A stretch of 63,813 bases of DNA, filler included, from Rhabdomonas costata (lineage: Eukaryota), in assembly GCA_019059605.1 (NCBI GenBank). It is 37 parts of 37 records of this genome, joined end to end, with 100 filler letters (N's around TTAATTAATTAA, not from the genome) between each part and the next. Parts side by side here need not be neighbours in the genome. Positions count along the whole stretch, not along the records: positions 12,098 to 13,725 come from JAHMHO010011711.1; positions 13,826 to 15,453 come from JAHMHO010011712.1; positions 15,554 to 17,181 come from JAHMHO010011713.1; positions 17,282 to 18,909 come from JAHMHO010011714.1; positions 19,010 to 20,637 come from JAHMHO010011715.1; positions 20,738 to 22,365 come from JAHMHO010011716.1; positions 22,466 to 24,093 come from JAHMHO010011717.1; positions 24,194 to 25,821 come from JAHMHO010011718.1; 29 more parts are not named here. One strand, 5' to 3'. Below the pieces are notes generated by a model. The model ran no database searches. It was not told the DNA's origin and saw only the letters and a list, made by a program, of their open reading frames with translations. Numbering within the stretch: the stretch's first letter is position 1; every line of letters begins with the position of its first letter. Below are positions 12,390-24,855 of the stretch, one piece after another. The translations under genes were made by a program, and so were the position numbers.

Positions 12390-13414
12390 GTGTACGGCGT
12401 GGGGATCTGGAAGCGAATATGGGGCTGCCACCGCTTCCGCCATATCCCCTTTGGGGCTCTCGGTATTCCTTCCTTCGATGCCGGGAGTTGCGCCCCAAAT
12501 GCGTTGTTTTGGAGAGTGTGCCCCGCTCCGCTGGATCATCCCGCAGTTTTTTTTGCCTTTCTCACTCTGTAGGGCATATGTGTCCTCCCGCGCGAGCCTT
12601 GGATAGTCGCTTCGTCGGCGCCCTGGTGTGACTGGCGTGGTAGTTTTCATGAGCAACATTGGCGGAAATTGCAAAAGACTGCGCACACTTCGCGGGCGAA
12701 CATATACAATGAACCAAACCCCCTTCCTCGAAGGAGTTTACTCTGCAACCACGCTAATACCATCACCAATGGAAGGACGCGCCCTGCCTCGCTCGCAGAA
12801 CCTGTGCTTGTGCTGTGCGGACGGTGAGAGACTCAAGGCGGTTCACAACGGCTCGACCCATATAATCTATCCAGCATATCCCTTGGGCGTCGTGGACTCC
12901 GCCAACCTAAATAGCGGAGACTTGCCCCATGTCAGGGCTGGCGTTGGCCGGCCTAGGGTGGGCCGTTTCCACCTGCCCCGCAACGAGCCTCTCCCTTCCG
13001 ACGGCCGCAACCAGGGGTCGTCACCATGTCACCATGGCTCCCAGTAAGGCGTGCAGGATGTGGGCATGCCAAGGTTGTCCATTTTTTGCAGGCATTGTAT
13101 TCAAACATCTTCATCAAGAGTCCGGCACTGCCTTTTCCAGGTCTGTCTTGTGAAAAGTGAAGTCGAGAAAGGTTCCACGCAGAAAGACTGCTCTCTTCTG
13201 TGGTGAACCTCAGGCGCCCTTCGGGACGCCTCGGAGTGGGGCCTGCCCGTGGCGTGGGTCCCCCCGGGATGCCCTTTGGGCAGTGCTGAGGCCGCTCGGG
13301 GGGTCGTGGACTGGGCCACGTACTACAAGGCCCGCGGGCTTCCCACGGCCTCCCCCGTAGCGCTTGTGTTGCATTTTCCCCTGACCGTGCTGCACGTCGC
13401 ACGAATCCTGGAGG
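12390..13414 (+). CDS. MSS51/ZMYND15-like protein; exons 12390-12462 and 13214-~13414
   Basis: DWATYYKARGLPTASPVALVLHFPLTV resembles the MSS51 C-terminal domain W..YY..RGL...SP.A..L.FPLT motif; upstream exon GIWKRIWGC..PFG is phase-compatible (G|gt...cag|GC). Confidence 0.7.
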
Positions 13415-14648
13415 GCCGTGGGCGGCTCTCCTTGCAGCCGGCATGTTCTGCGCTGTGCGTTGTGCGGGCCTCGGGGCTTTTATCTTGGGGGATAGTTGGG
13501 AACCAGAGGCTGGCTCGATGGTGATTTCTCCCTTGTTTCTTTTTGCATTTTCTGGGGTTTTCGCGCATCAGCGCAGTTCCGTCAGAAACTCAATCACAGC
13601 AGATTACCTCGGTCACGGACTCTTGTAGCGTGGCGGTTCAATCTCTGAACACCTCTCTGTTGACTTGCTGAACGTTGGAACTTTTTTCTCTCTCGTTGTG
13701 CTCAAAAAGACGTCTGAATCAAACANNNNNNNNNNNNNNNNNNNNNNNNNNNNNNNNNNNNNNNNNNNNTTAATTAATTAANNNNNNNNNNNNNNNNNNN
13801 NNNNNNNNNNNNNNNNNNNNNNNNNTGTTGGGTTGATGTATTTGTTGTGTATTTCCAACACTCACTTGTGCAGCGGAGCTGGAACTCGCATACCTGCTTT
13901 GTGAATGAACATGTGGACCTCAACCCCAGAGCCCGGAGCTCCTTCCACTCCATTCGGAGAGTGGGGCGCCCACTATCCCCCCTCGATTGCGGAGACTCCT
14001 CCCGGGTTGTTCCAAGCAGCATCCTGCCGGAAGGACTTCATGGGTGACTTTCTCTGCACGCTTCTCCCAAGCAAAGCTGCGCTGTCTCACAGGAGTCCGG
14101 GGTGACTCCGCTGCGAGCTCGGGACCGTCAGAGACGCCAGTAAGTTCACAACAGCTCGACTCGCAGCGCTTCAAAGACCAACGACTCTCACCCTGGGGCG
14201 TGTACGATTTGAGGCAGGGGCGCTTGGGATTAGTCTCCTCTGGACGAATCGTTACCGCGTCGTCATCTGCTCCGCGCGGAGGATTCCAAAACGACTTGTA
14301 GACCGCGCCTCTGGCTACGTTGCCAACGCTGTGGAATTAATATTGTGCCTCTCCTATGTTCTGTATGCAGCTTTTTTTCCTTTCCATTAATCCCGATCTT
14401 CAGGGGACCATAGATTTTGTGTTCACCCAACGGAGAGGGAGGCCGCTTCAAATGGCCCACCCCTTTTTCCACTCGAACGCAGCACGCCATTCCCGTCCAT
14501 GGCATCTCAACCTGCGCAAAACTTGTTTTTAGTGCTTGTTGCTCCACCACTCACGCAGTGTTGATTAGTGCCCCGGGGGGCGACGACCCAAAGCGAGCTT
14601 CCCTTTGAAAACCCCATTTTTGTGTTTGAAACCCCGTCTTCTGCACAG

Positions 14649-15376
14649 ACTGGTACTTGGGGAAGATTTGATGCGGGTGCTGGACGAGAAGCTGGAGATG
14701 ATCCACCACACCCGCCACGCCTGCTTGGACCAGAAGCAGGCCAAGTCCAAGAGTTGGAAGCTCGGCGCAGCCACCCTGGAGGTTCTGTCCCAAATACACT
14801 TCACGCACTGGATCCATTCGTATCTTTTCATGTCGCGTCACCGTGTGCTTTTTCATCAGCTTGAAAACAATCTCCTTGCTCTGAACTGTGCGCTTTGTGA
14901 AGTGGAGTCTTAAAATCATAAAACTAATTGCAGGACAATTGGTGAAATCAATCCTCGATCTCAAGTTCTTGCTGTAGTGCTCCTGCGTGTTGAGTGAAAA
15001 TTGTCTGCATGGCAACTGCAGTCATCTCTAACCGAAGGCACAGCGCTCGGGTAAATGGTTCCAGTTTTCGAAGCTGCTGCGTTGCGCACGTGACCAAGCA
15101 GCGCGGATTTTTGGGTGTTTTCATTTAGTAGGGGGCTCCATTTGACGTTGGAGCACCCAACAGCTGAGGATGGCAGGATGTTTTGAAGCTCAGTGGCAGC
15201 TGACAACTGATAACGAGTGTGCTTATGGAGTATTGCGTGGTAAATCAACAATGTAAGTCCTGCTTCCCCTCCCCCTCCCGGCAGGTGCTGAAGGAGGCGA
15301 AGATGTCGCGGATCCAGGTATGCGAGCAGGACCTGGAGAAGCTCCGGCGCGGGATGGAGTTCGAGGCGAAGCAGAG
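14649..15376 (+). CDS. Unknown coiled-coil protein; exons 14649-14781 and 15285-15376
   Basis: Two phase-compatible E/K/R-rich exons (GAG|gttc...cag|GTG). Confidence 0.6.
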
Positions 15377-16059
15377 GCAGACAACGACAAATTCCAAAAA
15401 TCTGCAAAATCCCAAAAAGTAGCAAAGCAAAACGTTCACCCACCCCAACAAAANNNNNNNNNNNNNNNNNNNNNNNNNNNNNNNNNNNNNNNNNNNNTTA
15501 ATTAATTAANNNNNNNNNNNNNNNNNNNNNNNNNNNNNNNNNNNNNNNNNNNNGGGGGGTTTTTTGCATTGGCTTTCAGCCGTATGCGGGCGAAGGAGTG
15601 TACTTTTAGATCGAAGGGGCAGCAGACTGGTTCAGTCTTTCTTTCCTTGTTTCTGTCCTTGTGTCTTCCTCTGTTTTTTCTATCCCGCTGAGGCCCTCGA
15701 TAAACATCGCTTGCGCAGCAGGTGCGCAGAAAGCTTGTGTGTTGTGTTTGACTGCGACCACTGCGACGGTTCGTCCAGAGGGGTGGTGGGAGGGGGACTT
15801 TGCCGGACTTGCATCTACTCTTTGCGGTGAGGTGCCCGGTACTGGTGCACTCGTACAGATGCCTTCAAGTTGCATGGACTAGGTGGACAGGTGGGAGCTG
15901 CAGTGGATGCACCAATGACTTTTTTTCGGGAATGGAAAGAGGAAGGGAAGGAATGTGCTGCCTGGTGTCCGATGGTGACGTGGATCTTTTATGTCGGTGG
16001 TGTTTTGGTTTACGAACTTGGCTTTGTTTCTGCACAGCACACCGGATGAAATGATCAGG

Positions 16060-16820
16060 GGGCCGAACTCAAGCATCCAAGATAAGGCAGTGGGTCAGCC
16101 AAGTTAAGTTGACCCTTGAAAGGTCTCTATAGCCAGCCCCCGCAGCTGCGTTGCACTTCAGCTGCAGCGGAGAATGAAACTTAGGCCTTCTGCGGCCACG
16201 GGGCACCCGGATGGGACCCGTTGAATTGTAGAGCAGTTTTGGAACGCTTAAGACATCTTCGGGCCAACGTTGCTTGCGCAGGACGTGCCGGTTCTCGGAA
16301 TGTTGAAGACGAATTGCTCCAGTATCATTTTGTGGCGGCCTCAAGGGACATAAACCGGAGCATTGATCTCCGGCCTCACTCTCCTTCCTTTTTTGCCTTC
16401 CTGCCTGCGTTGGCTTCCGTACGGGCTGTCCGAAAAGGAGCCGTGCGGAACGGCAGGCAGGGACGGCAACCGCTGAGAGGTGTGGGCTTGGAGAAAGCGT
16501 TCACAGAAGGCAGCGAAGCTGTGGCTAGAGCCGGAGCCCCTTTTTGCTTTCGGGGCGAAGCATTCATCCTTTCAACCTCGCAGTACAACCTTTTGAACAT
16601 TAAGGGGGTCGTCCGTTTGCCCCTAATTTTTCTTGCCCCCGATTCTCGGGACCTTTGAGATTTCCCCCACAAAAGTAGAGGTCCTCCTCCCATTTGTTGG
16701 AATGCCTTCCCTTCGAGGGACAGCAGCGGTGGGGGTTCTGTTGGGCGTCCTGCGGCCGCTGCGGTTGGTGGGGTCTTCGGCCTGGGGCGTTGCCCCTGCC
16801 CAGGCTTTCCCAAGCAGGAC
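16060..16820 (-). pseudogene. Probable decayed Ty3/gypsy pol remnant (RNase H end to integrase), with stops and frameshifts
   Basis: Ordered motif-like pieces across frames: RLYCEVERMNASPRKQKG (RNase H end), VYVP*GRHKMILEQF / LRKQRWPEDV / QNCSTIQR (H2C2 region), HCLILDA (integrase core). Confidence 0.35.
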
Positions 16821-17034
16821 TTTCGCCACGCGGGTCTCCACGATCATCAATCCTGCGACGGGTACACCCACCACGAACCTTCACTTCTCTCACAATCAGT
16901 GAATTTGGGAATCCACAACATCCATGCGCTCAGTTTTCCCATCTAGATTGGTCGGAGGGTTGCCACCACTGGGTAACGGTTACCAGCACCACAAAATCTT
17001 TGATTGGATTGTGTGATAACGCTCTTTGTACTAA

Positions 17035-17105
17035 GAGAGGGCTAAGCCGAAGCAGGCTTGGGGTCTTTTGTATGTACAGCAGGCCTCCCCAAAGGCTGCC
17101 CTCTC
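17035..17105 (-). repeat. Dispersed ~70-nt hairpin repeat, copy A
   Basis: Minus strand reads GAGAGGGCAGCC...GGCCTGCTGTACATACAAAAGACCCCAAGCCTGCTTCGGCTTAGCCCTCTC; highly similar to 25976-26047. Confidence 0.9.
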
Positions 17106-18100
17106 CATCACTTCGACCATCTGCAACACGGGGAATGCACATAGAGACTCTCCCCCAAAAAGTTGGCTAGTCCTGGACCCGNNNNNNNNNNNNNNNNNNN
17201 NNNNNNNNNNNNNNNNNNNNNNNNNTTAATTAATTAANNNNNNNNNNNNNNNNNNNNNNNNNNNNNNNNNNNNNNNNNNNNGCCATGGTGGATGCGCTTG
17301 CCAGTGACACGTGTCAACAAAAAGAATGATGCTGGTGGGAAAGAGAGAGAGAGAGAGAGAGGAAAAACATCAGTATCACAGGGTTAGTTGGCGATGTATT
17401 TTAGATCAAGCTGATTCGTGCGGAAGGGAAGGAGGGAAAGGAGGTCTTGAGGATAGGGGCAGAGCACCCCCAACTTGGTCAGGGCACTCCTGTCTTACTC
17501 TTCTTCGCAAACTGGATATTTTAAGTACTATCGCGAAGTTATGATCATCATTGATGTAACCCGTCGTAGAAATGAATGCCACTGATTAGAGGACAATGGC
17601 AGTATCTTTTACTGCTGCCCGCTCTATCATGGCTGCCGTTGGTAGGGTGTACCGCAAATCTCCCATCTTTCAGTGCATTCATAACTTTAAGCTGCTTCAA
17701 ACCCGTTCTTGAACAAACCTGTTCTTGATTTTGTTTTTTTTTCTGGAAACCAGAACATGCTGTTGACAGCTGTGCTTTTAAAAAGGTTAACATGGTATGC
17801 CCCCCACACACCCGACTTCAACGGACTACAACGTAAATATGATTGACTACCCCTCTCAAGAAACGAAATGCGCCAGTTTCAGTAAACACGGATTATTGTC
17901 CCCCATTGACAATAATTCCGCTTGTCCTCAAGTCCAGACTCTTCCGTATTGTCCCAGACCCCTCGTCTCTTCTTCTCTTTACTTTGGTGGGGGGGTCGTA
18001 TGTCCGCTTAACCCCGACCCGTGCACCAAGAAACAAAAAAGCAAAGCCGTCTTGAATAGTGAACCGCACACTCTGTCAGCCGTTTCGGCCGCCGTTACAC

Positions 18101-18909
18101 CTTGTCAAAGTGAAGCAGGGGGCGGCTTCCCCGGATGCAGTTGCCGGTCAGCTTGAGCTCACCCATGGTGTGGATGTTTATGGCGTGGAATTTCACGCAC
18201 GGCCCGCGGGGGGCGCTGCCCACCCAAAGGTACAGATGCCTTCGCTTGCGGTTCTGAAAAGACAAGCACATGAGATATGAGAAGCTTGGGCGTGAAAACG
18301 ACGTCCTTCGCATAATCTGAGAGCAACGGCGCACCGAGGACCCAGGATTGATGGATTAATGACGGGAACATGATCCCTCCACTCTGGCAGTTCAGCACGT
18401 GACGTAACCCAAATCCTGTCCCCTCCCCCCCCCTCACCCTCACTCCGAGTCACTTTGACCTTGTTCCGCTTCCGTTGAAAAACAGACAAAGAAGGGGGCA
18501 GGAGCAAACATTCACTGAAAGTGCGTATCATCAGAAGTGCGCCAGGCCGATGGGAATTCCATCGATTCGAATTCCAGCAGTGCACACGATGGAAAAGTTA
18601 AGGCACTATGGAGCCCACGACAGCCTGTAATAATTGAGGGGCCCAGCCTCTCCGACGTCACTGTGAAGAGAAGAGCAATCCCCAATTTCCGATCCAGCCT
18701 GCCCATCAACACAGTGAAGGCCGAAAAATATGAGAAAGGATGGAGGGACAGTACAGGGACGGAACCCGCGCAAAGGTGCGTGGATAAATAAGTGAGAAGA
18801 TCAAAGGGAGCGGAGGTGGTGGTAGTGGGTTGGGAGGAGTGGAAGCGCCGACACCTCAAATAGGATCAAGGAGTCGCACTTGTGGGTGCCGCACAGCTCG
18901 TTGACCACA
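18101..18909 (-). CDS. BRX1: Ribosome biogenesis Brix-domain protein BRX1; exons 18909-18855 and 18253-18101
   Basis: VNELCGTHKCDSLILFE|NRKRRHLYLWVGSAPRGPCVKFHAINIHTMGELKLTGNCIRGSRPLLHFD; GT-AG intron. Confidence 0.95.
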
Positions 18910-19419
18910 NNNNNNNNNNNNNNNNNNNNNNNNNNNNNNNNNNNNNNNNNNNNTTAATTAATTAANNNNNNNNNNNNNNNNNNNNNNNNNNNNNNNNNNN
19001 NNNNNNNNNGAGAGAGAGACCGAGACAGCCTCTGCGAGTCGTAGAGGGGATCCTCTCTCTTCCCCGTCATTGAGAGAGTGTCATCATCCGGGATTCGGCT
19101 CTAGCGGGATCCTACCTCCTGCGCCGCCACTTTTTCCACATTCCTCACCCAAAGAGAGTGAGTGCGAGAGAGAGAGTCCAGAACAGAACGACCTCATCTG
19201 GTAACGGCTACCAACGGTTGCGGTTACGAACAGTTACTAACGGCTAGATCTGCTGACGTTTACTCCCGGTACATCCGTTACTTTTGCTGACGGTTAGAAA
19301 TGGCAGCGGATGGCTGCTGTACCGGTAGAACCGCTGCAGAACCTGCGCAAAGCGTGCTGCCCACCAGTCTGGGTCCACCGTGCATCAGCGGACCTTGGAG
19401 GGTTTGCGCACGCGCGCAG

Positions 19420-19545
19420 GTGATCAAGAAGGAACTTCCACTGGTGCGTATCAGTGGGGGGCTGAGCAACCTCTCGTTCTCGTTCCGGGGGTTGGAGGAG
19501 CTGCGGCAGGCCATGCACAGCGTTTTCCTGTACCACGCCATCCAG
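19420..19545 (+). CDS. metH: Cobalamin-dependent methionine synthase (MetH), pterin-binding domain exon
   Basis: [32 protein letters not shown]; cag acceptor and apparent GC donor. Confidence 0.95.
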
Positions 19546-20020
19546 GCACACTTTCTCTCTCACATACACACAGGGGGACTTTCAGCTATTGCCGGGGCTA
19601 CGGGTTGGTTTCTGAGCGCTGTGTTGTGTTGGATGGTTGCTGAGGAAGCGGTGCAGAAGGTGAGTATTGATCCGACAGAATCCACTCCCTTATTCCGAAG
19701 ATCCGAAGATCCGCAGATCCGATTCTGGCTCCCACCTGATCGAGCTTAGCTTCTGGATCCTAACTGCATAAGGCTCCAGGCCCCTCCCTTGACATTTTGC
19801 AACTGATTGCTCCGTAAATCTGATGGGTTACCCAAATGCAGAGGAAGGGCCTTGACCCGTTTCGCTTTCGAATGCCTGTTTTGCCATGCGCTTGGGCTCC
19901 TTTTCTGGCACTCAAATCACCCCAGTATTATTTTTGTGACCAAAACGAGCCACACGTGAACCTCTGCTTTAACTGCTCCCGTCGCTCGCCTCCCCCCCCA
20001 TCACCTGTCCCCGGGCACGG

Positions 20021-20512
20021 ATGAGCAATGCGGTCTGCGTCCGCGGCGGCAGCGACAGAGTTCCACACGATGGGCGTGCATGCGATGGGAAAGGCCCCAC
20101 TTCCACCCAAACGCTCTGCACAGAGGAACCTCAGACGGTTGTAGCAGTGGCTGATTCCGTCTCCCCGACAGAGGAGCCGCGCACTGCCATCGCTACCACA
20201 ACCACAACCATAACCACCACCTCCTCCGCTGTCCCGCCTGCCAAAGCAGCGGGGCGAAGGGGAAGGAGGATTCGCCCACCGCTGGCCGCTGCGGCGATCG
20301 CCGCCGCCACGGCCGTCACGGAGCGGGAGAGGGAAGGGTGCGGAGTTCTGCACGGGGAAGGCGTTCGGGTGCCCCGGGAGCTGCACAGCCGTGTACTTTA
20401 CGCCAACCCCGTGTGCTTGCTCACCGTCGTCGCCGCGCCAGCTGCGACGGGGGCCCCAGCTTGCACAGCAGGACTGGCACAAGCCCTTTTCACTGGAGGC
20501 GCACGGTCATGA
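20021..20512 (+). CDS. ORF with a Thr/Ala-rich N-part and a possible flavin-reductase-like (FMN split barrel) N-terminal motif
   Basis: 163-aa open frame; HSRVLYANPVCLLTV resembles the LYPNPV.LLT start of flavin-reductase-like proteins (recalled, unverified). Confidence 0.35.
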   Translation: MSNAVCVRGGSDRVPHDGRACDGKGPTSTQTLCTEEPQTVVAVADSVSPTEEPRTAIATTTTTITTTSSAVPPAKAAGRRGRRIRPPLAAAAIAAATAVTEREREGCGVLHGEGVRVPRELHSRVLYANPVCLLTVVAAPAATGAPACTAGLAQALFTGGARS

Positions 20513-22489
20513 TCCCACTGCGACGGAAATTCACCAGGGATTGTTATCCCACAAACCGGCACCCAAGAAGTCCTGTGGCACTGCGAGGTAATGTGACGCT
20601 CGAAAAATGTAGCAGCCGTAATTTTGCAAACCACACANNNNNNNNNNNNNNNNNNNNNNNNNNNNNNNNNNNNNNNNNNNNTTAATTAATTAANNNNNNN
20701 NNNNNNNNNNNNNNNNNNNNNNNNNNNNNNNNNNNNNTTGTGGGTGTTTTAGGGCCAGCCCGATCAAAAATACACACGGAATTTAATCCTAAAGTTCGTG
20801 GAGTTCCGGAATGGAGACCTGAAACTACATAATTACCAATAAAAGGAGGAAAGTTTCACAACCGAACCGGTTTTGTACCCTAGCGTTGGGCTTGCCTTGC
20901 TTCCAGCACCCAGACTTCATCTTCAATCGAAACGCACTGTCGACAAGAGGTATGGGACACCAAAATATAGGCTAAGCTACCGCAGGCATGCGGCTCCAGT
21001 ATGCACGCGGTTGGAACAAAGCAGGATTGAGCAACACTGCAAGAATCACGTCAGAATCGGCAGAACAGTAAAAAAGAAAGACATCATTGAAGTCTAGCAC
21101 CTTCTAGGAACCATTACTGGGGGACACAAGCTAACGAGCGCGCACGCACGCACACACACACACACACACACAAACTTCTATTCCTTGAATTACGGAAATG
21201 GAAGGATGGTACACTTCGATGTCCGTTCCCCGCTGCGCTGAGCACAGAGGACAGAGGAAACCGAAGGATAGGAAAGCGAATGGAATCCGAAAAGGTTAAA
21301 CAAACGAACAAACAACAGGGACAGCGCGAAAAGGAGCTCGGCAGAAGAGCCGCCGTCAAAAACGCCCAAGGACCACGACACACATTGTACAAGAAGTCGA
21401 AAAGAGGCGAAGGAGAGGAAGCGTGCCACCGAGTACCGCTTGACGTGGGAGCAACTGCGCGTTCCTGGGCAAGGGCGCGGTTCACCACGGTTACCGTGTG
21501 AGGGATGCACGGTAGGGGAAGACTGTGCTAGATCTGATATCACCCGTTGTGGAGACGAGTTTGGCCTGGGGTTGGTTAATCCGAAATATCTCAGAAGCCA
21601 GGGGGCGATTCTTCCCCTGATAAAAACGTTATCGAGATGACATTCGCGCCCCCTCCCTCTAATTACAACTCCGGCACAATTCCGTTGCTTTCGTAAGAAA
21701 TTCAGTTGCTTTCGTAAGTGCTGAGGGTTTCGTTGACTACCACTGGCTATCACTGGTTATCATAGCGACCGCGTGCCCCCGCCGAGACATGATGCATGAA
21801 TGCACCAGCAGCGGAAGCTGGTGGAGGACATTGTACAAATGAGCTTCTCGAACTTCGGCGTGAGATAACGTAAAGCGAGGGTGCCTGGGGGTGGAAGATG
21901 GCGGCAATTGTACGATAGGTGTGATACAGAGAAAGGAAGTACGGTACAAGCCTAGAGGTCGTGTGAGCGCGGGAGAGAAAGTGAGGAAGAGTCCAAACGG
22001 GCCCCTCGATTTCCCAGAGGATCGAGCCAGGCCCATCCCCCGTGTCCACACAACGTGTGCGTGTGTGTGGGGGGGGGGGGGTCGGAAAGAAACGAAAGAA
22101 CTGTACACGGCAATCGGGACAAGCCGATTTTCTGACATCTGCAGCGGTGGCGATGGTGGGGAAAAGGCCGCAAAGGGCGTGGAAAAACGAGGTAGCTAAA
22201 AAGACGGTCACGGGTCCCGTCCACGACAAGAGTGTCTCTCACTCCAATGGAAACCTAATGTGTCACTGGGGTTGTGCTGCTCCCTCCTCCCCCAGCAAAC
22301 CTCTCAGCAACCCCAATAAAATGAAAAGAACATCCCAACACCTCGCTCCCCCCCCCAACAAAAAANNNNNNNNNNNNNNNNNNNNNNNNNNNNNNNNNNN
22401 NNNNNNNNNTTAATTAATTAANNNNNNNNNNNNNNNNNNNNNNNNNNNNNNNNNNNNNNNNNNNNTGCTTTTCCCTACCACCTCATCAG

Positions 22490-23155
22490 AGACAAAGGTT
22501 TGGACAAGGGTACATGCCCAAGGGGAGCCGCCGTTACCCCGAGGCGGCCACTGCTGCTGCGTTAACCCCTCGGGAACACTTATGGTGATCTTCGGGGGGA
22601 CCTCAGATTCGGGCTTTCTGAATGACCTCGCCGTGATGAGCTTGGGTGCGTCTTTTTTAGTGGGAGGGGCATTTGGGGACCCAGAGGTAAATAGCGGTGA
22701 TGTTTGGCTTGCCCACACAGAGAAGCTCAAAGTGAAATATACAGCTGACCAGGGGCTTGGGGGCATTTACGCATGTCACCAAATTGACCGGTTCAAAGGG
22801 CCAGTATGTAACCCGGCGCGGCTCACTGTTTTTGTATTCCCTTGATATTCCCTTGTGTTGGACACACTAAAGCTGAACCCTGGGTCCCAATGTCGATGGA
22901 GTTTGGAAGTTGAAATGTTTTCGCTGCTGCTAATTGTCAGCCTTCGTTTTGGCTCACCCTCAAAAAACCTGGACCGCCCCTCTCTTCGGTTGCACAGAGG
23001 AGTGCGAGTGGAAGCCCGTGCGGGTGTCTGGTGCGGTGCCTTCGCCGTGCAGCGGGCACACGGGGGTGGCGGTGGACCCGGGCACCATGGTGGTGTTCGG
23101 GGGCTACGATCCCTCGGGGTTCCGCGACTCCGTGTTCACTCTGGCTCTGCCCTGA
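22490..23155 (+). CDS. Kelch-repeat protein, last two exons (22490-22645, 22998-23155)
   Basis: PPLPRGGH...MVIFGG...FLND and PSPCSGHT...MVVFGGY repeats; GT-AG intron; TGA stop. Confidence 0.92.
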
Positions 23156-24498
23156 GGCATAACACCGCTGTATGTTCATGGAACACGCTTTTCGCCTTTC
23201 ACATTGGTTTTCATTCTTGGTAGAACTCGTTTCTTGTCGGGCTTTAGCTAACCCCCCCTCCAAAGAAAAACATTCCGGACCCTGATCTAACAATTCACTT
23301 CGTTGCTTTATGTTATGGAATCAGATTTTTTTATAAAAAAGGCGCCTGATTCCTTTCCCAGCAAATCCACCCTATGCGTTGTCCCGCTTTTTCTGCAGAT
23401 TGTTCTCCGGAAGGCCCAGTGAATGTGAATTGCTCCGCTTGAGTGTTTGAGTTCACTGTGACTTTTGCCCATTGTGGATGTTTGCTTTTGTCCGTGTTTT
23501 TGCATGTTCACTGCATCGGCAGCTGCAAGCTGCAGGATAGGGTGGTCCATAATTGCAAACCAGTGTCTACTCAGACCCATTGATGTTCAGAGCCAGATAC
23601 GACTACATTCCACACATACAGTCGTTCAGATTGAAATTGTTCTCACGGTCACCAAGGCGAGGGAAAGATGATAAAGAAGCAGTTTACGTAATTAGATACT
23701 AATATAAGTATATTTGGATGCATTGCATGCATGTGGTTTCTTTCTTTCCCGTCGCTATTTCTGCTGTGGGCTGTTCAAACATGCCGTCCATACAAACTTG
23801 AGACTGCAGGTACATTGCGAGGCCTTTTTCGAAGCCTGGGCGTCTGACTTGAGTGCCAAGCGTGGAGGCCCAATTCCTTAACCTCAGGGAGTAAGACCGG
23901 AAGCCGGGAGACAAGGTAAATGTGCACGTCTAAAAGACTGTCGCCGCCGCCGCCACCGCCAAAAAGAAACACGGCCCCCGAACAAGTGCCCGCACAATCC
24001 TCATTTCACGGAGCCAGTGTTCCCACCTCCTCCCACCTTTGCCCCCATTTTTTATCTTCGGAATCAGGCGACCCCCCGCACAAATACGTATGANNNNNNN
24101 NNNNNNNNNNNNNNNNNNNNNNNNNNNNNNNNNNNNNTTAATTAATTAANNNNNNNNNNNNNNNNNNNNNNNNNNNNNNNNNNNNNNNNNNNNGGGGGTG
24201 AGAGTGGTGCCCCTGAATCCTCCGTGAAAGCGGCCTTTGAAAGCGGACTTTGGCTCCAAATATTGAAACAAGAAGCATCATAACTGTTCAAACTTTTTTC
24301 GGATCACGGATATATTGGGCGAAATGCGAAGCAGAATTTCAGCACATGAAAAAAATGCAACTGTAAGACCAAAATGACTGATCATTTAACAGCCTATTAA
24401 TTATTCCTGCAATTTAGCTTCTTTTATCGGCGACGCCTGGGATTTGATAACTGTAATTCCCCAACGGATGGTCGTCCGAGCCACCCCCCGAAGGCGAC

Positions 24499-24855
24499 TC
24501 GGCATCCACCCTCTGGGCTGTCCAGGATAATGCAGCGGGCTCGAGCCTTAGGAATTCCGGTCACTGTCTCGAACCACGGGCCCTCCAGCATGCGATCCAT
24601 TTTCCGCACAAGCCCCAGAAGCCGGCAGTAAAACTCCGCAGAGCGCTCGCCATCTCTCGCCACAACGTTCACATGGTCCAGTGCCGGTCCTGCCGAGACC
24701 GACGAGGCCGCGGCGGCTGCAGGAGCCTCGCTGGCGGTCGTTCCGGTGGAAACCGTAACAGTGGTGATCTTAGGGAAGGACCGACCGACTGCCCATCGCA
24801 GGGGTGGACGGAGGAGGCTTCGAAGGAGGAGCGAGCGTGAAGCGAGGCCGAACAT
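24499..24855 (-). CDS. VOC/glyoxalase-family protein with a mitochondrial-type presequence, first exon
   Basis: MFGLASRSLLLRSLLRPPLR (Arg/Ser/Leu-rich, no acidic residues) then LDHVNVVARDGERSAEFYCRLLGL. Confidence 0.88.

Noticed and set aside
15578..15612. AGCCGTATGCG resembling group II intron domain V
   Set aside because: The 3' half of the DV hairpin is absent and cannot pair.
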